In this document: positions 10,501-21,400 of the stretch, piece after piece
Numbering within the stretch: position 1 is the stretch's first letter
How the letters are laid out: each line of letters starts with the position of its first letter
Assembly (NCBI GenBank): GCA_965238175.1
Contig: CBDEGZ010000003.1
Location: 608,001-672,000, forward strand
Length of the DNA: 64,000 bases
Origin: Gammaproteobacteria bacterium
Lineage (GTDB): Bacteria > Pseudomonadota > Gammaproteobacteria > CAJXQU01
Direction of reading: 5' to 3'
Made by a program: the position numbers and the translations under genes
The notes under the pieces: generated by a model
The model's database searches: none
Told to the model about the DNA's origin: nothing
The model's input: the letters and a program-made list of their open reading frames with translations, nothing else

Positions 10501-12376
10501 TCGGTGGACACCGAACATTATCACCGCCGGAGAATACACCGTCTATGCCTGGTGGACCTATTACGCAAGCCGACCTTCGGCCGCGTCCTACACCCTTCAA
10601 CACAATGGTGGCAGCAGTGTGGTGACCAAAGCCCAGAACGATCAATCACTGGGCGGACAATGGGTTGAATTAGGCACCTACACCTTCGCCGCCGGTAGTG
10701 CAGGCTATGTTGAACTCACCAGTAACACCAGCGGTAACTTCAGTGCCGATGCAATTAAATTAGTCCATGGTGGTGGGAGTAGGCCGAGCAGTAGTAATGC
10801 TGATCCAGTAATCAGCACAATTGGTACCCAAACGGCGACGGTGGGCAGTAGCAAGACCATCAATGTGAGTGCCAGCGACAGTGATAGTGGTGACACCTTG
10901 AGCTTTATTCTGGAGAGTGCGCCGAGTTTTGTGAGCTTGACCGACAATGGCAATCGCACCGCCACTCTCGCTGTGAGTAGCAACAGTACATCAGGTCATC
11001 ACAACATTGTTGTGAGTGTACGTGATGCTAACGGTAGCAGTGACAGCGAGAGCGTTGTGTTGACAGTGAGTGGTCAAATTGCCGCAAACCTCGTTGACTG
11101 GCAAGTAGTTGGAACGAATGATTTTGATGGCGATGGCAAGTTCGACACCTTGTTACACAACTTCAGTACGGGTGAAGTTTGGATGTATCTCATGGACGCG
11201 GCTCAAGTGAGCACGAGTGCCCATGTTACCAATGTTGGCGCGAATTGGCGCGTTGCAGGAACGGGTGATTTTAATGGCGACGGCAAAGCGGATGTTCTGT
11301 GGCGAGAAACAATCACACATAAGACCCGAGTCTACCTGATGAATGGAACAACGGTGAGTGCAGATCAAGCGGTCAGTAATGCTACGGAACTTCCAGAGTG
11401 GCAGATAAGAGGCGTCGATGATTTTGACGGTGATGGTAAAGCAGATATTTTGTGGCGCAATATCAATACAGAACGAAGCTGGATGTACTTAATGAATGGT
11501 TCCACCATCGTTAGTCAGGGGATTGTCGCTGATCACGGACCTAATTGGAGAATTAAAGGGACAGGTGATTTTAATGGCGATGGCAAGGCCGATATCTTAT
11601 TTAGAAATACGGTATCAGACAAGAATATTATCTTCCTGATGAACGGCAACAGCATCTTGCAGCAAAGCGCAGAGCTCACGTTTGCCGCCTTGGTTTGGGA
11701 AGTTCGCGGTGTTGCTGACTTCAATGGCGATGGTAAAGCAGACATCCTGTGGCGACACAAGACGACCGGTGAAAATCGGATCTATATGATGAATTCCTTC
11801 ACGGTAACGTCCAACCAGAGCGTGAATACAGAAGCGGATCTCGCCTGGAAGATTGTGGGTGTCGGTGATTTTAATGGCGATGGTAAATCGGATATCTATT
11901 GGCGTTATGACACGGATGGTCAGCACCGTTTGTACTTAATGAATGGCGCTAGCATCAATGCGAGTGTGCTTATCGATCAAACCCTTCCTCAGCAGACACT
12001 TACGGTTAGTGTTTCCACGCTCTCCTTTACATTAGACGAAGGGACTACTGGAACGCAGAGCATCTTTTTTACTAGCACGAGCAATGACGGTGTGAGTAGT
12101 CTACCTGACTTAATATCGCTAGAGGGATGGTTATCGTCAACGAATGGAAGATTTTCAAATGGCGCCAAGATCACGGTTGATACGACGGGATTAGCACTAG
12201 GCACCTACACCAGTGATGTCATCGCAATATTAGCGAATCATACAACGGCCACGATACGCGTAACGTTAGAGGTCACGCAAGCATCAGGCCTAGGCCCAGG
12301 ACCCGTCCTCGTCTTTGTCGAAAACGACTGCCCTACTGAGCCGGATGTTGCGTTCCCAACGCCCCTGACACCCTAA
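7577..12376 (+). CDS. Large secreted multidomain adhesin-like protein (putative Ig x2, cadherin-like x2, CBM6/35-like x2, Ig, golvesin-like, FG-GAP x6, BACON-like)
   Basis: Signal peptide; repeated modules PDVTNPGNQTGTVNTAIT..LPAGLSISSSG, SCGPLTQEAE, PSFVSLTDNGNRTAT; IIVDNSD..GGQWVELGTY..ADAIK; six W...GDFNGDGKADILWR repeats. Confidence 0.8.
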   Translation: MNMHRIFATPRTLLPSILLLSFLSLTSQSTIGASVNFEEMVTGGSSGSSRVQTSSNVTAASDHLYLAAITSKSYKTVTSVTGLGLTWSEVLTQCGGRNQTGVTVWKAQGTPSGPGPVSATLSGSANNAAIAVSRYSGVALSNPIGNTVSDNSNGIGGGCSGGVDTDAYSFSLTTTASDSLVYGAISMRNKTHTPGAGYTERVAFVQGSGGGTASVAVMERATNSPSSTIIDGGFSSSVDYGVIGIEIKPVGNNNTAPDVTNPGNQTGTVNTAITSLQINATDSDNGDILTFSDNGNSLPAGLSISSSGLITGTPITVSNYNVTINISDNTDITPTSFDWNISPATNNNSAPTITTIGAQTATSGTSKTINVTATDSDSSDTLSFSLGSGPSFVSLTDNGNRTATITVGAGSTVGNHNITVNVSDGNNGNDSGSFVLTVSSTGSSSCGPLTQEAEAGILSGDFEISDNSSASGGQIVEVPADPSYYTQQGVTEHYVEHCFNVTQVGTYRIVGTAKGSGSNDNSFRVTMNDQPSDGHAWSYTHSNGFVTEEISGGNGSGDVEEFFLNTGDNTVRFYLREDGAQLDKISLVLQGSGNTVPNVTNPGNQTGTVNTAITPLQINATDDDGDILTFSESGNSLPAGLSISSSGLVMGTPTTASNYNVTINVSDNDNTTPTSFDWNINPAGGGGSCGPLTQEAETGTLSGAFGLVADSAASGGQYVEVPADTTSTGSAPSSNYAEYCFNVTQAGTYRIEGTARASNSSYNSFRVTVNDNPSSGHAWAFSHGNGFVTEEIAGGNGSGSPEDFSLNAGDNTVRFYLREDGAQLDKVRLVLQGGGNTAPSVTISNPNNGTNVTQGSNITLTATANDTEDGSLTNTISWSSNHDGSLGTGGSVSLSNLSANTHTITASVTDSGGLSGNSTISLTVTVTTTGGSTVTDIIVDNSDNNTHTTGTWLNSSTTPTHDGSNSVYSNTNGSFRWTPNIITAGEYTVYAWWTYYASRPSAASYTLQHNGGSSVVTKAQNDQSLGGQWVELGTYTFAAGSAGYVELTSNTSGNFSADAIKLVHGGGSRPSSSNADPVISTIGTQTATVGSSKTINVSASDSDSGDTLSFILESAPSFVSLTDNGNRTATLAVSSNSTSGHHNIVVSVRDANGSSDSESVVLTVSGQIAANLVDWQVVGTNDFDGDGKFDTLLHNFSTGEVWMYLMDAAQVSTSAHVTNVGANWRVAGTGDFNGDGKADVLWRETITHKTRVYLMNGTTVSADQAVSNATELPEWQIRGVDDFDGDGKADILWRNINTERSWMYLMNGSTIVSQGIVADHGPNWRIKGTGDFNGDGKADILFRNTVSDKNIIFLMNGNSILQQSAELTFAALVWEVRGVADFNGDGKADILWRHKTTGENRIYMMNSFTVTSNQSVNTEADLAWKIVGVGDFNGDGKSDIYWRYDTDGQHRLYLMNGASINASVLIDQTLPQQTLTVSVSTLSFTLDEGTTGTQSIFFTSTSNDGVSSLPDLISLEGWLSSTNGRFSNGAKITVDTTGLALGTYTSDVIAILANHTTATIRVTLEVTQASGLGPGPVLVFVENDCPTEPDVAFPTPLTP

Positions 12377-12476
12377 AGGATACACACACAACAACCGATA
12401 AAGACAGCCGCCTCAACACATTGTGCTGAGGAAGCCTAAAGAGACACGGCACAGACGTGCCACACACGACAGGAAA

Positions 12477-15400
12477 ATGCAGATGACACGCCAAACACAG
12501 ACAGGCCTTGGAACTCACCCACGCAGAGTTAACGCTTTTGTTGCCAGCTTAATTTTCGCCTTAATGTCATTAACCACATCGGTGATGCAAGCGGCAGTGC
12601 CGGGCCTCACCCCGGGAGAGCTGAGTGTTGGTCAGTCGGGTGCGGCAGAATACAATGTGCCGATTGCAGTGCCACCGGGCACGGCTGGCATGGCACCGAT
12701 CTTATCGTTGAACTACAGCAGCAACAGCGGCAATGGGCCGCTAGGGGTCGGGTGGTCATTAAGTGGTCTATCGGCGATTACCCGCTGTCCACAGACCCTG
12801 GCACAAGATGGACAAATACGCGCAGTGAAGTTTGACACTCAGGATAAGTTTTGTCTGGATGGCCAGCGTCTAGTCGTCTCAAACGGCGGTGCCTATGGTG
12901 CCAATGGTACACAATATCGCACTGAGATGGATAACTTTAGTTTGATTACTTCGCACGGCAGTGGCTCAGGCTCACCTGTCAGTGGACCAAACTACTTCAC
13001 CGTCAAAACCAAAGCCGGTCAAACGATGTTTTACGGCACGACAACGGACTCAAACATTGACAGCCTCAACGGCGGACACGTGCGCACCTGGGCCTTAAAC
13101 CAGCTCCACGACACGGTCGGTAACTACATCAATTTCACTTATGAAGAAGATACCGACAAGCAAGATTACCGGATAGCGCGGATAGATTACACCGGCAACG
13201 TTAATGGCAGGGGCCCCTACAGCTCGGTACGGTTTGCGTACATGCCACGGCCAAGACTGGCCAAAGGTTACATTGCAGGCCACCCCTTTGCACAACGTAA
13301 GCTGATGACAAACATCAAGACCTATGCAGGTGAGACGCAGGTGAAAGACTATCGGCTGCATTATGAGATGACCGGTGTGGTGGGGCAACCGCGCATCGAA
13401 GAAATCAAAGAGTGTGATGGTGGTGGTCAGTGTTTTAATCCGTTGACGTTTGACTGGTCGCCGGAGTTATTTGGTTTTGTTGGCGCACAAAGCCTTGCAG
13501 ATGTGCCCCTTAAAGAAAGTCATGGTTTCCAGTGGGTGGATCATAATGGCGATGGTAAAACCGACTTTTGTTATATCGCCAAGTCCAATGAATTGCGCTG
13601 TCACCTCTCGACCTCCACTTTGGATGGCGGCAACGAGTTCAATCGTACACCAGTCAGATCAGCATCCACTATTGATAAGGGCTATGAAGAGGGAAGAGAA
13701 TGGGTGGATGTAAATGGTGATGGACGGGTGGATTTTTGTCGTTTAGTGGTGGATGGGTCTAGCAACAAATATATGGCATGCAACGCATCCACTGGCAATG
13801 GTTTTAATAATACGTTCTACAGTAGTATCTTAGCTGACGGTGGAGGTCAGTCAGAAGGTCGCCGATGGGTGGATTTTAATGGTGATGGACGAGCGGATTT
13901 TTGTCGGGTGACAGGATCTAGCAGTGCCGCCTGTACGCTCTCAACCGGTACTGGCTTTGGTCAGACTATTATTGGCACAGGTTTAACTTATGGAACCGGT
14001 GCGAATGGAAAAAATATCCGTGACTGGGAAGACGTCAATGGCGATGGTCTGGTGGATTTTTGTCGGACGCTGTCTGATAAAAGCAAAACGTGTAATTTTT
14101 CCACGGGTAGCGGGTTTGATCTTACTCCACATCAAACGGCAGCCAATACGGTGGGAACGAGCCTTAGCTTTGTGGGAGGAACGAACCCCAACCAAAATCG
14201 CTGGATCGACTTCAATGGTGACGGCAATAAAGATCTCTGTGTTGTACAAAGGGAAGGAGGTGAGAGGTACTCTGAGGAACGTCGAATAGTTCCGAATTTA
14301 GGCTATCCTATTCATCATAATATCATTGGTGAAGTGACTTATACAACAAAATGCACTTTGTTCACTGGGGTAGGTTTCGCACCTATTGCTATCGAATCAG
14401 AGCCGCTTGTCATCCCTGAACAATATTGTCAGGGTCGGTTCTGCACTCCTGAAGGCCTTGGAGTCGATTTTAAATGGAAAGATGTCAACAATGATGGGCT
14501 TGGCGATGTGTGCTTTAGGGTTGACAAAGGACGTTCTGGGTGTTTTTTTTCTGAAGGGCATCGCTTCCACTCTCTTATGAGTGTAACAGGTATAGTGTTT
14601 GGGGACAGCCGATTAATTGATGCGAACTTCGCCGATGTCAACGGCGATGCCATCGCTGATGCGTGCTATGTCCGATTTAGACGTAATCCGGACAATGACG
14701 ATCAAATCAACTGCAACATCGGCAACACCCGCCCCCAGATGCGCATTATCAAAGTCACCAACAGCCTTGGTAGCCCCACCGAGATTGAATACAAACCGAT
14801 GACCGACAGCAGCGTCTACAGTAAATCTGCGGATGTGGTTCCGAAAACAACAGGCTACCCTTACCTTGACGTCCAAGCCCCGATGTACGTAGTCTCCAAG
14901 GTTAAAAATGACAATGGCCTCGGCCTCGGCATCACCAACGACGTCGACTACACCTATGCAGGCGCCAAAGTCCACCTAAAAGGCCGTGGTTTTGCTGGTT
15001 TTCGTTGGATGTTTGCCTACAACAGAGCCCAAGGCACCTATGCGGCGACCGAGTTCCATCAAGACTTCCCACTCGCCGGCATGGTCGCCTACACACGTAG
15101 CAACCTGATTGCAGACAATAGCCTGATTAGTCAAACCAACAACACCTATAACGTTGTGGCAAGAACCGACGGCAGCTATTTTCCCTATCTTCAAACCAGT
15201 AACCAAGTCACATACGAACTCGGCGGAGCCATGGTCAAACAAACCGTTACAGACTACGTCTACGATGATTATGGTAACCCGATCTCGATTAAAGTGGCCA
15301 CCGCAGGCCTCGACCAAAATACCTTCCGCACAGAAACCACCAACACCTACGACGCGTCCAGTACCGCCATCAGCAAATGGTACCTAGGCCGCTTAACCAC

Positions 15401-18400
15401 CACCGCCGTCACGCAAACCGCCAACGGCAAGACCGCAACCCGTAAATCAGCGTTTGAATACGACATCAATGGTCACGGCATGCTGATGAAAGAAATCATC
15501 GAGCCGAATAACCCCGCACTTCGATTAGAAACCGCCTATCAATACGACGCCTACGGTAACAAAACCCGCGTCACCGCCTTGGGCGGCAGCGGATCTACCG
15601 CCATCACCGCCCGCAGCACACGAACAGAATATAGCGGCGGCGGTCACAACACCGGGCAATTCCCGATCAAAATCACCAATGCGATGGGCGAATCTGAAAC
15701 CCATACCTACGATGCGCGCTTTGGCGTCATGACCAAACTCACCGGCCCCAATGGTCTGGAGACCACCTGGCAATACGATAGCTTTGGACGCAAGATAAAA
15801 GAGACACGGGCAGATAGCACGACAACCACCTTTACTCGTAACTGGTGTGCTAAATACTGTAAGACCTCCCTGACCACCCAAAGCACTGGCAGTGCGCCTG
15901 CTCTGGAAGCCTTTGACCGACTCGGCCGAATTCAATATGTCAATACCTATGGTCTTGGAAATGATCTGTCTGGCAGCAATGTCTACACAGATCTAAATAT
16001 CATTAACCCCCGCATTATCAGTGTAGCAACCCAATACAATATTCGCGGTGAAATCAAACGAACCTCACAACCCTTCTATCTTCAGAGCCCCATTCACTGG
16101 ACCAACTTCACCTACGACGCCCTCGGCCGGCCGCTAACCGAAACCGACGCCAACGGCACCACCGGTTATGAATATAAGGGACTAACATCAACCCTCACCA
16201 ACCGCCTCAACCAAAAAACCACCCGGCGAGTTAATGCGCGTGACGAATTGATCCAAACCACCGACAACCTAGGCTTCAACACCTATTACCAATATGATGC
16301 ACAGGGCAACCAAACCCAAGTCACTGACCACCTCGGCAACATCACCACCATTGACTACGACGCCCGTGGTCGCAAAATCGCCATGAACGACCCCGACATG
16401 GGCGACTGGGAATACAGCTACAACGCCCTCGGAGAGCTGATAAGCCAAACCGACGCCAAAGGCCAAATCACCCGCATGGAATACGATATTCTAGGGCGCA
16501 TGATCACACGCACAGACGCGGAATGTAACAGCTTCTGGGTCTATGGCTCACACAGCAACACCGGCGCAAGTGATAAGGCCATCGGCAAACTCATCTACAG
16601 CCAAAAAGGCCAGCAAGAAAAAATCTTCACTCGCTACGACAGCCTAGGCCGTCCGAATGAAATTGAAACAAGACTACAGTTTGAAGCCACCAACAAAACC
16701 TACCTCACCCAAACAAATTACGACACGCTCGGACGAGTACAAGACATCACCTATCCGGCCAGCAACGACTACCCAACAGGCCTCGTAGTCAGAAACCACT
16801 ACGACGCCAACGGCCATATGCACAAAGTCACCGGCCCCAACAACATCACCTACTGGCAAGCCACCAAACAAAATGCGCGAGGCCAGATAACCGAGTTCCG
16901 TATGGGCAATGGCGCCACCGAAACCCAACGGTCTTATAATGCAATAAACGGCCTGGTAAGCAACATCAACACCCGTAACGATAATGGAACTGACAACATT
17001 CAGAAACTTGGCTTTACCTTTGACGTCGCCGGCAACCTCAAAACCCGCCGAGGCTACGACCAAGGCAATAACACCAACCTCGAAGAAAACTTCCATTATG
17101 ACGGCATCAATCGCCTCATCGTGTCACAGCTTGGCGATGGGTCACATCGAAAGCAATACGACTACGACGCGCTCGGCAACCTCACCTTCAAAACCGGGGT
17201 TGGCACCTACGACTACACCAACGGCCGTCCACATGCGGTGAGCAACACCTCGATTGGGAGTAAACAATACCAATACGACGACAATGGCAACATGATGAGC
17301 GGTGATGGTCGAACCATCACCTGGTCACCGTACAACAAACCGATCAAAATTGAGAAAGACGGTGTACAAACCGCCACCCAATTTGACTACGGCGCGAACC
17401 GCAACCGCATTCGGCAGGTAAATGATCAAAAAATCATTTATTACGTCAACGGCCTGTTTGAGCAGGAATACGATGGCACCACCACCACCGACGTGCACTA
17501 CATCAAAGCCGGTGGCAGCACCATTGCGATTGTTAAATCCAAAGGCACCAACGACCCACTAGAAACCCGCTACCTGCACAAAGACCACTTAGGCGGCATT
17601 GAGTCGATTACAAATGAACAAGGTAACCTAGTCCAACAGTTTAGCTATGACCCGCATGGCAAACGCCGGGCGGTTAACTGGACCGATGATGACAATGTCA
17701 GCAACCCGGCTATTTATCAATTTGACACCCAACGTGGCTTTACCGGGCATGAACACCTGGACGAGGTGGGGCTAATTCACATGAACGGCCGAGTCTATGA
17801 CCCGACGCTTGGACGGTTTATCAGTGCAGATCCGTTTGTGCAGTTCCCGGACAATGGCCAGTCATTGAACCGCTATTCGTATGTGTTGAATAATCCGTTG
17901 AGTTATAGTGACCCGAGTGGTTTCTTGTCTTTGGGCTTTTTAAAAAAAGCTTTTAAGGTTGTGGCGAGTTATTTTATCGCGGTAATCCCCGGGGTTAATG
18001 TATTCGTAGCTGGTTTTCTGATTGGTTTTTTAAATGGAGGCACTTTAAAATCAGGATTTATTGGTGCAGTGACGATGGGCGCATTCCAGAAACTGGGAGG
18101 TGCCGGTGCAATTGCAGGGAAAATTGGAGGTTTTACAGGTGATGTTGTCGAGGTCGTGGCTCATGGTGTTGTTGGAGGTGTCTCTGCCATCGCCCGTGGT
18201 GGTAGGTTTATCCAGGGGTTCTTGCCTGCCGGGTTGAGTAGTGCAACGAGCTTGTCTGGTTTCTTAAGGAACTTAGATGATGTGACGCAAGGTTTTGCGC
18301 AGGCTGTTATTGGTGGAACCGCTTCTGTGTTGGGTGGCGGTAAGTTCGCAAATGGGGCGATTACGGGGGCGTTTGTTTATGCGGCGGGGAGGGTTGGGCA

Positions 18401-21400
18401 GGCGAGTGCTGACGGTAATATCTGTAGTAGACGCCCAATCAACATCGCTACCGGTGAGAAGTACCTGACCATGCTGGATTATAAAGCCGCTGGCGCAAGC
18501 CAGCTTAAATTTGAGCGTTACTACAGTAGTCATGCAAAAGAAAAAACATCGTTAGGTTACGGTTGGCGTTCCAATTTTGATAAGAAACTCCGTTTTGAAG
18601 GGGTTGCAATGGGGATCCCATGGAAGGTTATCTATACCAAGACTAATCGTGAAGAAGTGGTTTTCTCACAAAATGATGAGGGCAACTGGATCACCTCAAG
18701 CGATACGTTAGAAAGCCTTCAGAAAACCGAAGCTGGTTGGCAGCTAACCGATGCCAGTGGCACGGTTGAAACCTTTAATACGGACGGTCAGTTTGAGACT
18801 GTTGAAAAACGCGGTGGTTATCAACAAGCGCTGTCATACAATGATAACGGTCAGCTTGTACAAGTGACCGACAGCTTCAATGTTAGCTTGAACTTTACAT
18901 ATAACCGTAAAGGCTTGCTGGAGAGCATGAGCGATCCAGAAGGCAATGTAACGCACTATCGCTACAATCATACCAAACAAGTCCTGGCACAAGTTCTCTA
19001 TCCGGATGAAACAGAAACCTTAGCGGATAACCCTTACAAACGATACTTCTATCGGGATAAACGCTTCCCTACCGCCATTACCGGGATTGAAAACGAGCTG
19101 GGTCAACGCATCCACTCAATGGCCTATGATGGACAAGGCCGCGCAATCTTAAGTGAACTCGGTGACTCCGGTGAACGTGTTGATATTGTCTTCCACAAAG
19201 GTGTCAATGCAGCTAACAAGAGCAGCACTGTACGCAACTCCCTAGGCCGTGAAACTAAATACTTCTTCGATGCAGATAATCGGCCACTCTCCGTTGAAGG
19301 TCACGCCACCAAAACCTGTATCGCCTCCAATCAAGGTTATACCTACGATGAGAATGGCAACATTGAGACCAAGACCGATTGGAACGGCGTAGTGACGCGA
19401 TACCAATATAACGATCGCAATCTTGAAATCCTGCGCATCGAAGCCGAAGGCACCGACAGCGAACGTGTTGTTACGACTTCATGGCATCCACACTACCGGA
19501 TCCCAACGCAAGTTGTAGCACCAGGTAACACCACTGAGTTTGATTATGATCAACGTGGATTACTCACCAAACGGACCGAGCGCGATACCTTATCCGCACG
19601 TACTGCCTGGCAAGAACTATTGTCAGTCTATCCAGAACGCGTCACCACCTATGCCTACAATGCACAAGGGCTGGTTGAAAAAATCGACGGACCGCTGACT
19701 GGCGAAGACGACGTACTCACCTTTGCTTATGACGCCATGGGTAATCGCACACAAGTGAACAACTCACTAGGTCATCAAAGTGAAACCCGTGCGTTTGATC
19801 AAAATGGACGACCATTACTCGTGGTCGATGCCAATGGCGTTGAAACCCATCTTGAATACAATGCGCGCGGCTGGCTTGCACGTAAAACCATCAAAGGGAA
19901 TGACGGTGAAGCCACCACACAGTATGAATACGCACACAGTGGCACCTATGAAGGCCAAGGGCTGATATCAAAAGTCACCTTACCAAACCAAAAAACAGTG
20001 AACTACGATTATGATAGCGCCTATAAATTGATCGGCCTGCATAATAGCCAAGGCGAGCGAATTGAATACACCCTTGACCTTGAAGGCAACCGCATTGCCG
20101 AAACCACCTTTAATGCCAGTAACGAACTGGTACGCACACAACGACGCGTGTTTGACGAACTCAGCCGACTGCTATCCAGCATCGGTGCAGATCAACAAAC
20201 CACTCGTTACCATTACGACAAAAACGGCAACCTAACCGGCAGAGTGGATCCACTCAATAATGAAACCCACTACGCCTTTGATGCACTCAATCGACTGATT
20301 GCCACCACCGATGCCAATGATGGCGTTGTGGCAACGGCGTATAATGGCCAGGGGCAAGTCACCTCTGTGACAGATCAACGCGGTCTGACCACCGAATACC
20401 ACTACAATGGCTTTGGTGAGAAGGTGGCTCAGATTAGCCCGGACACCGGCAAAACCGTGTTTGACTACAACAAAGCAGGACAATTGATCAAACAGATAGA
20501 CGCACGGGAAATCGAGACACAATACCACTATGACGCGATAGGACGAGTCACACAGATCCACTACCCCGCCGCCAATGACGATGACATTTACTATGCCTAT
20601 GATCAACAACGTACGGGTACCGATCATGCGATTGGACAGTTGACTGAGGTCACTGATCCAGCGGGCACCACCGAGTACGGTTATAACCAACATGGGCAAG
20701 TAAACCGTCAGGACTACACCCTCGGCGGTGTTGCATACCATACACAAAACCACTACAACGCCGCTGGCGAATTAACCGCCATGACCTACCCAAGCGGACG
20801 CGTGGTCAACTACCAACATGATAACCTGGGCCGCATTCAGGGAGTCACCACCCAAGCCTCAGCGACAAACCGTGCACAAACGGTCGTTAATCACCTTGAC
20901 TACCACGCCTTTGGCCCTGTCTCGCAAATGGACTATGGTAATGGCGCACAGATCAATATTGATCGCGATAAAGACTACCGCGTCACCCATATCCGGGTCA
21001 CCGACAGCAATAACGATGTCGCCTACTATGACGCCGGCTATCACTATGATGATGCCAGCAATATTAAACAGATCGACGATCAGATAGAAACCACCGACAG
21101 TCAAACCTTTGATTATGATGCACTCTATCGTTTAACCCGTGCAGAAGGACAATACGGTCAAATCGACTACGATTATGACGGTGTCGGCAATCGCCTGGAA
21201 CGACGGTTGAATGATAAATTGAGTGATACAGACACGCTAGACAGCCTGATAGAGACCTATGATTACGCCCATGACAGTAATCGTTTGATCTCCGTGGCCA
21301 AGCAAAAAGGCCAACATAGCACACAGCGCAGCCTGGATTATGATCCGGTAGGGAATATCATCCATGACAGCCGCTCAAGTGAAAATAATCTGGCCTTAAA

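Noticed and set aside
11095-11950. CRISPR-like or DGR-like DNA repeats (GATTTTAATGGCGATGG)
   Set aside because: In-frame FG-GAP protein repeats with synonymous variation; no cas or reverse transcriptase gene in the window
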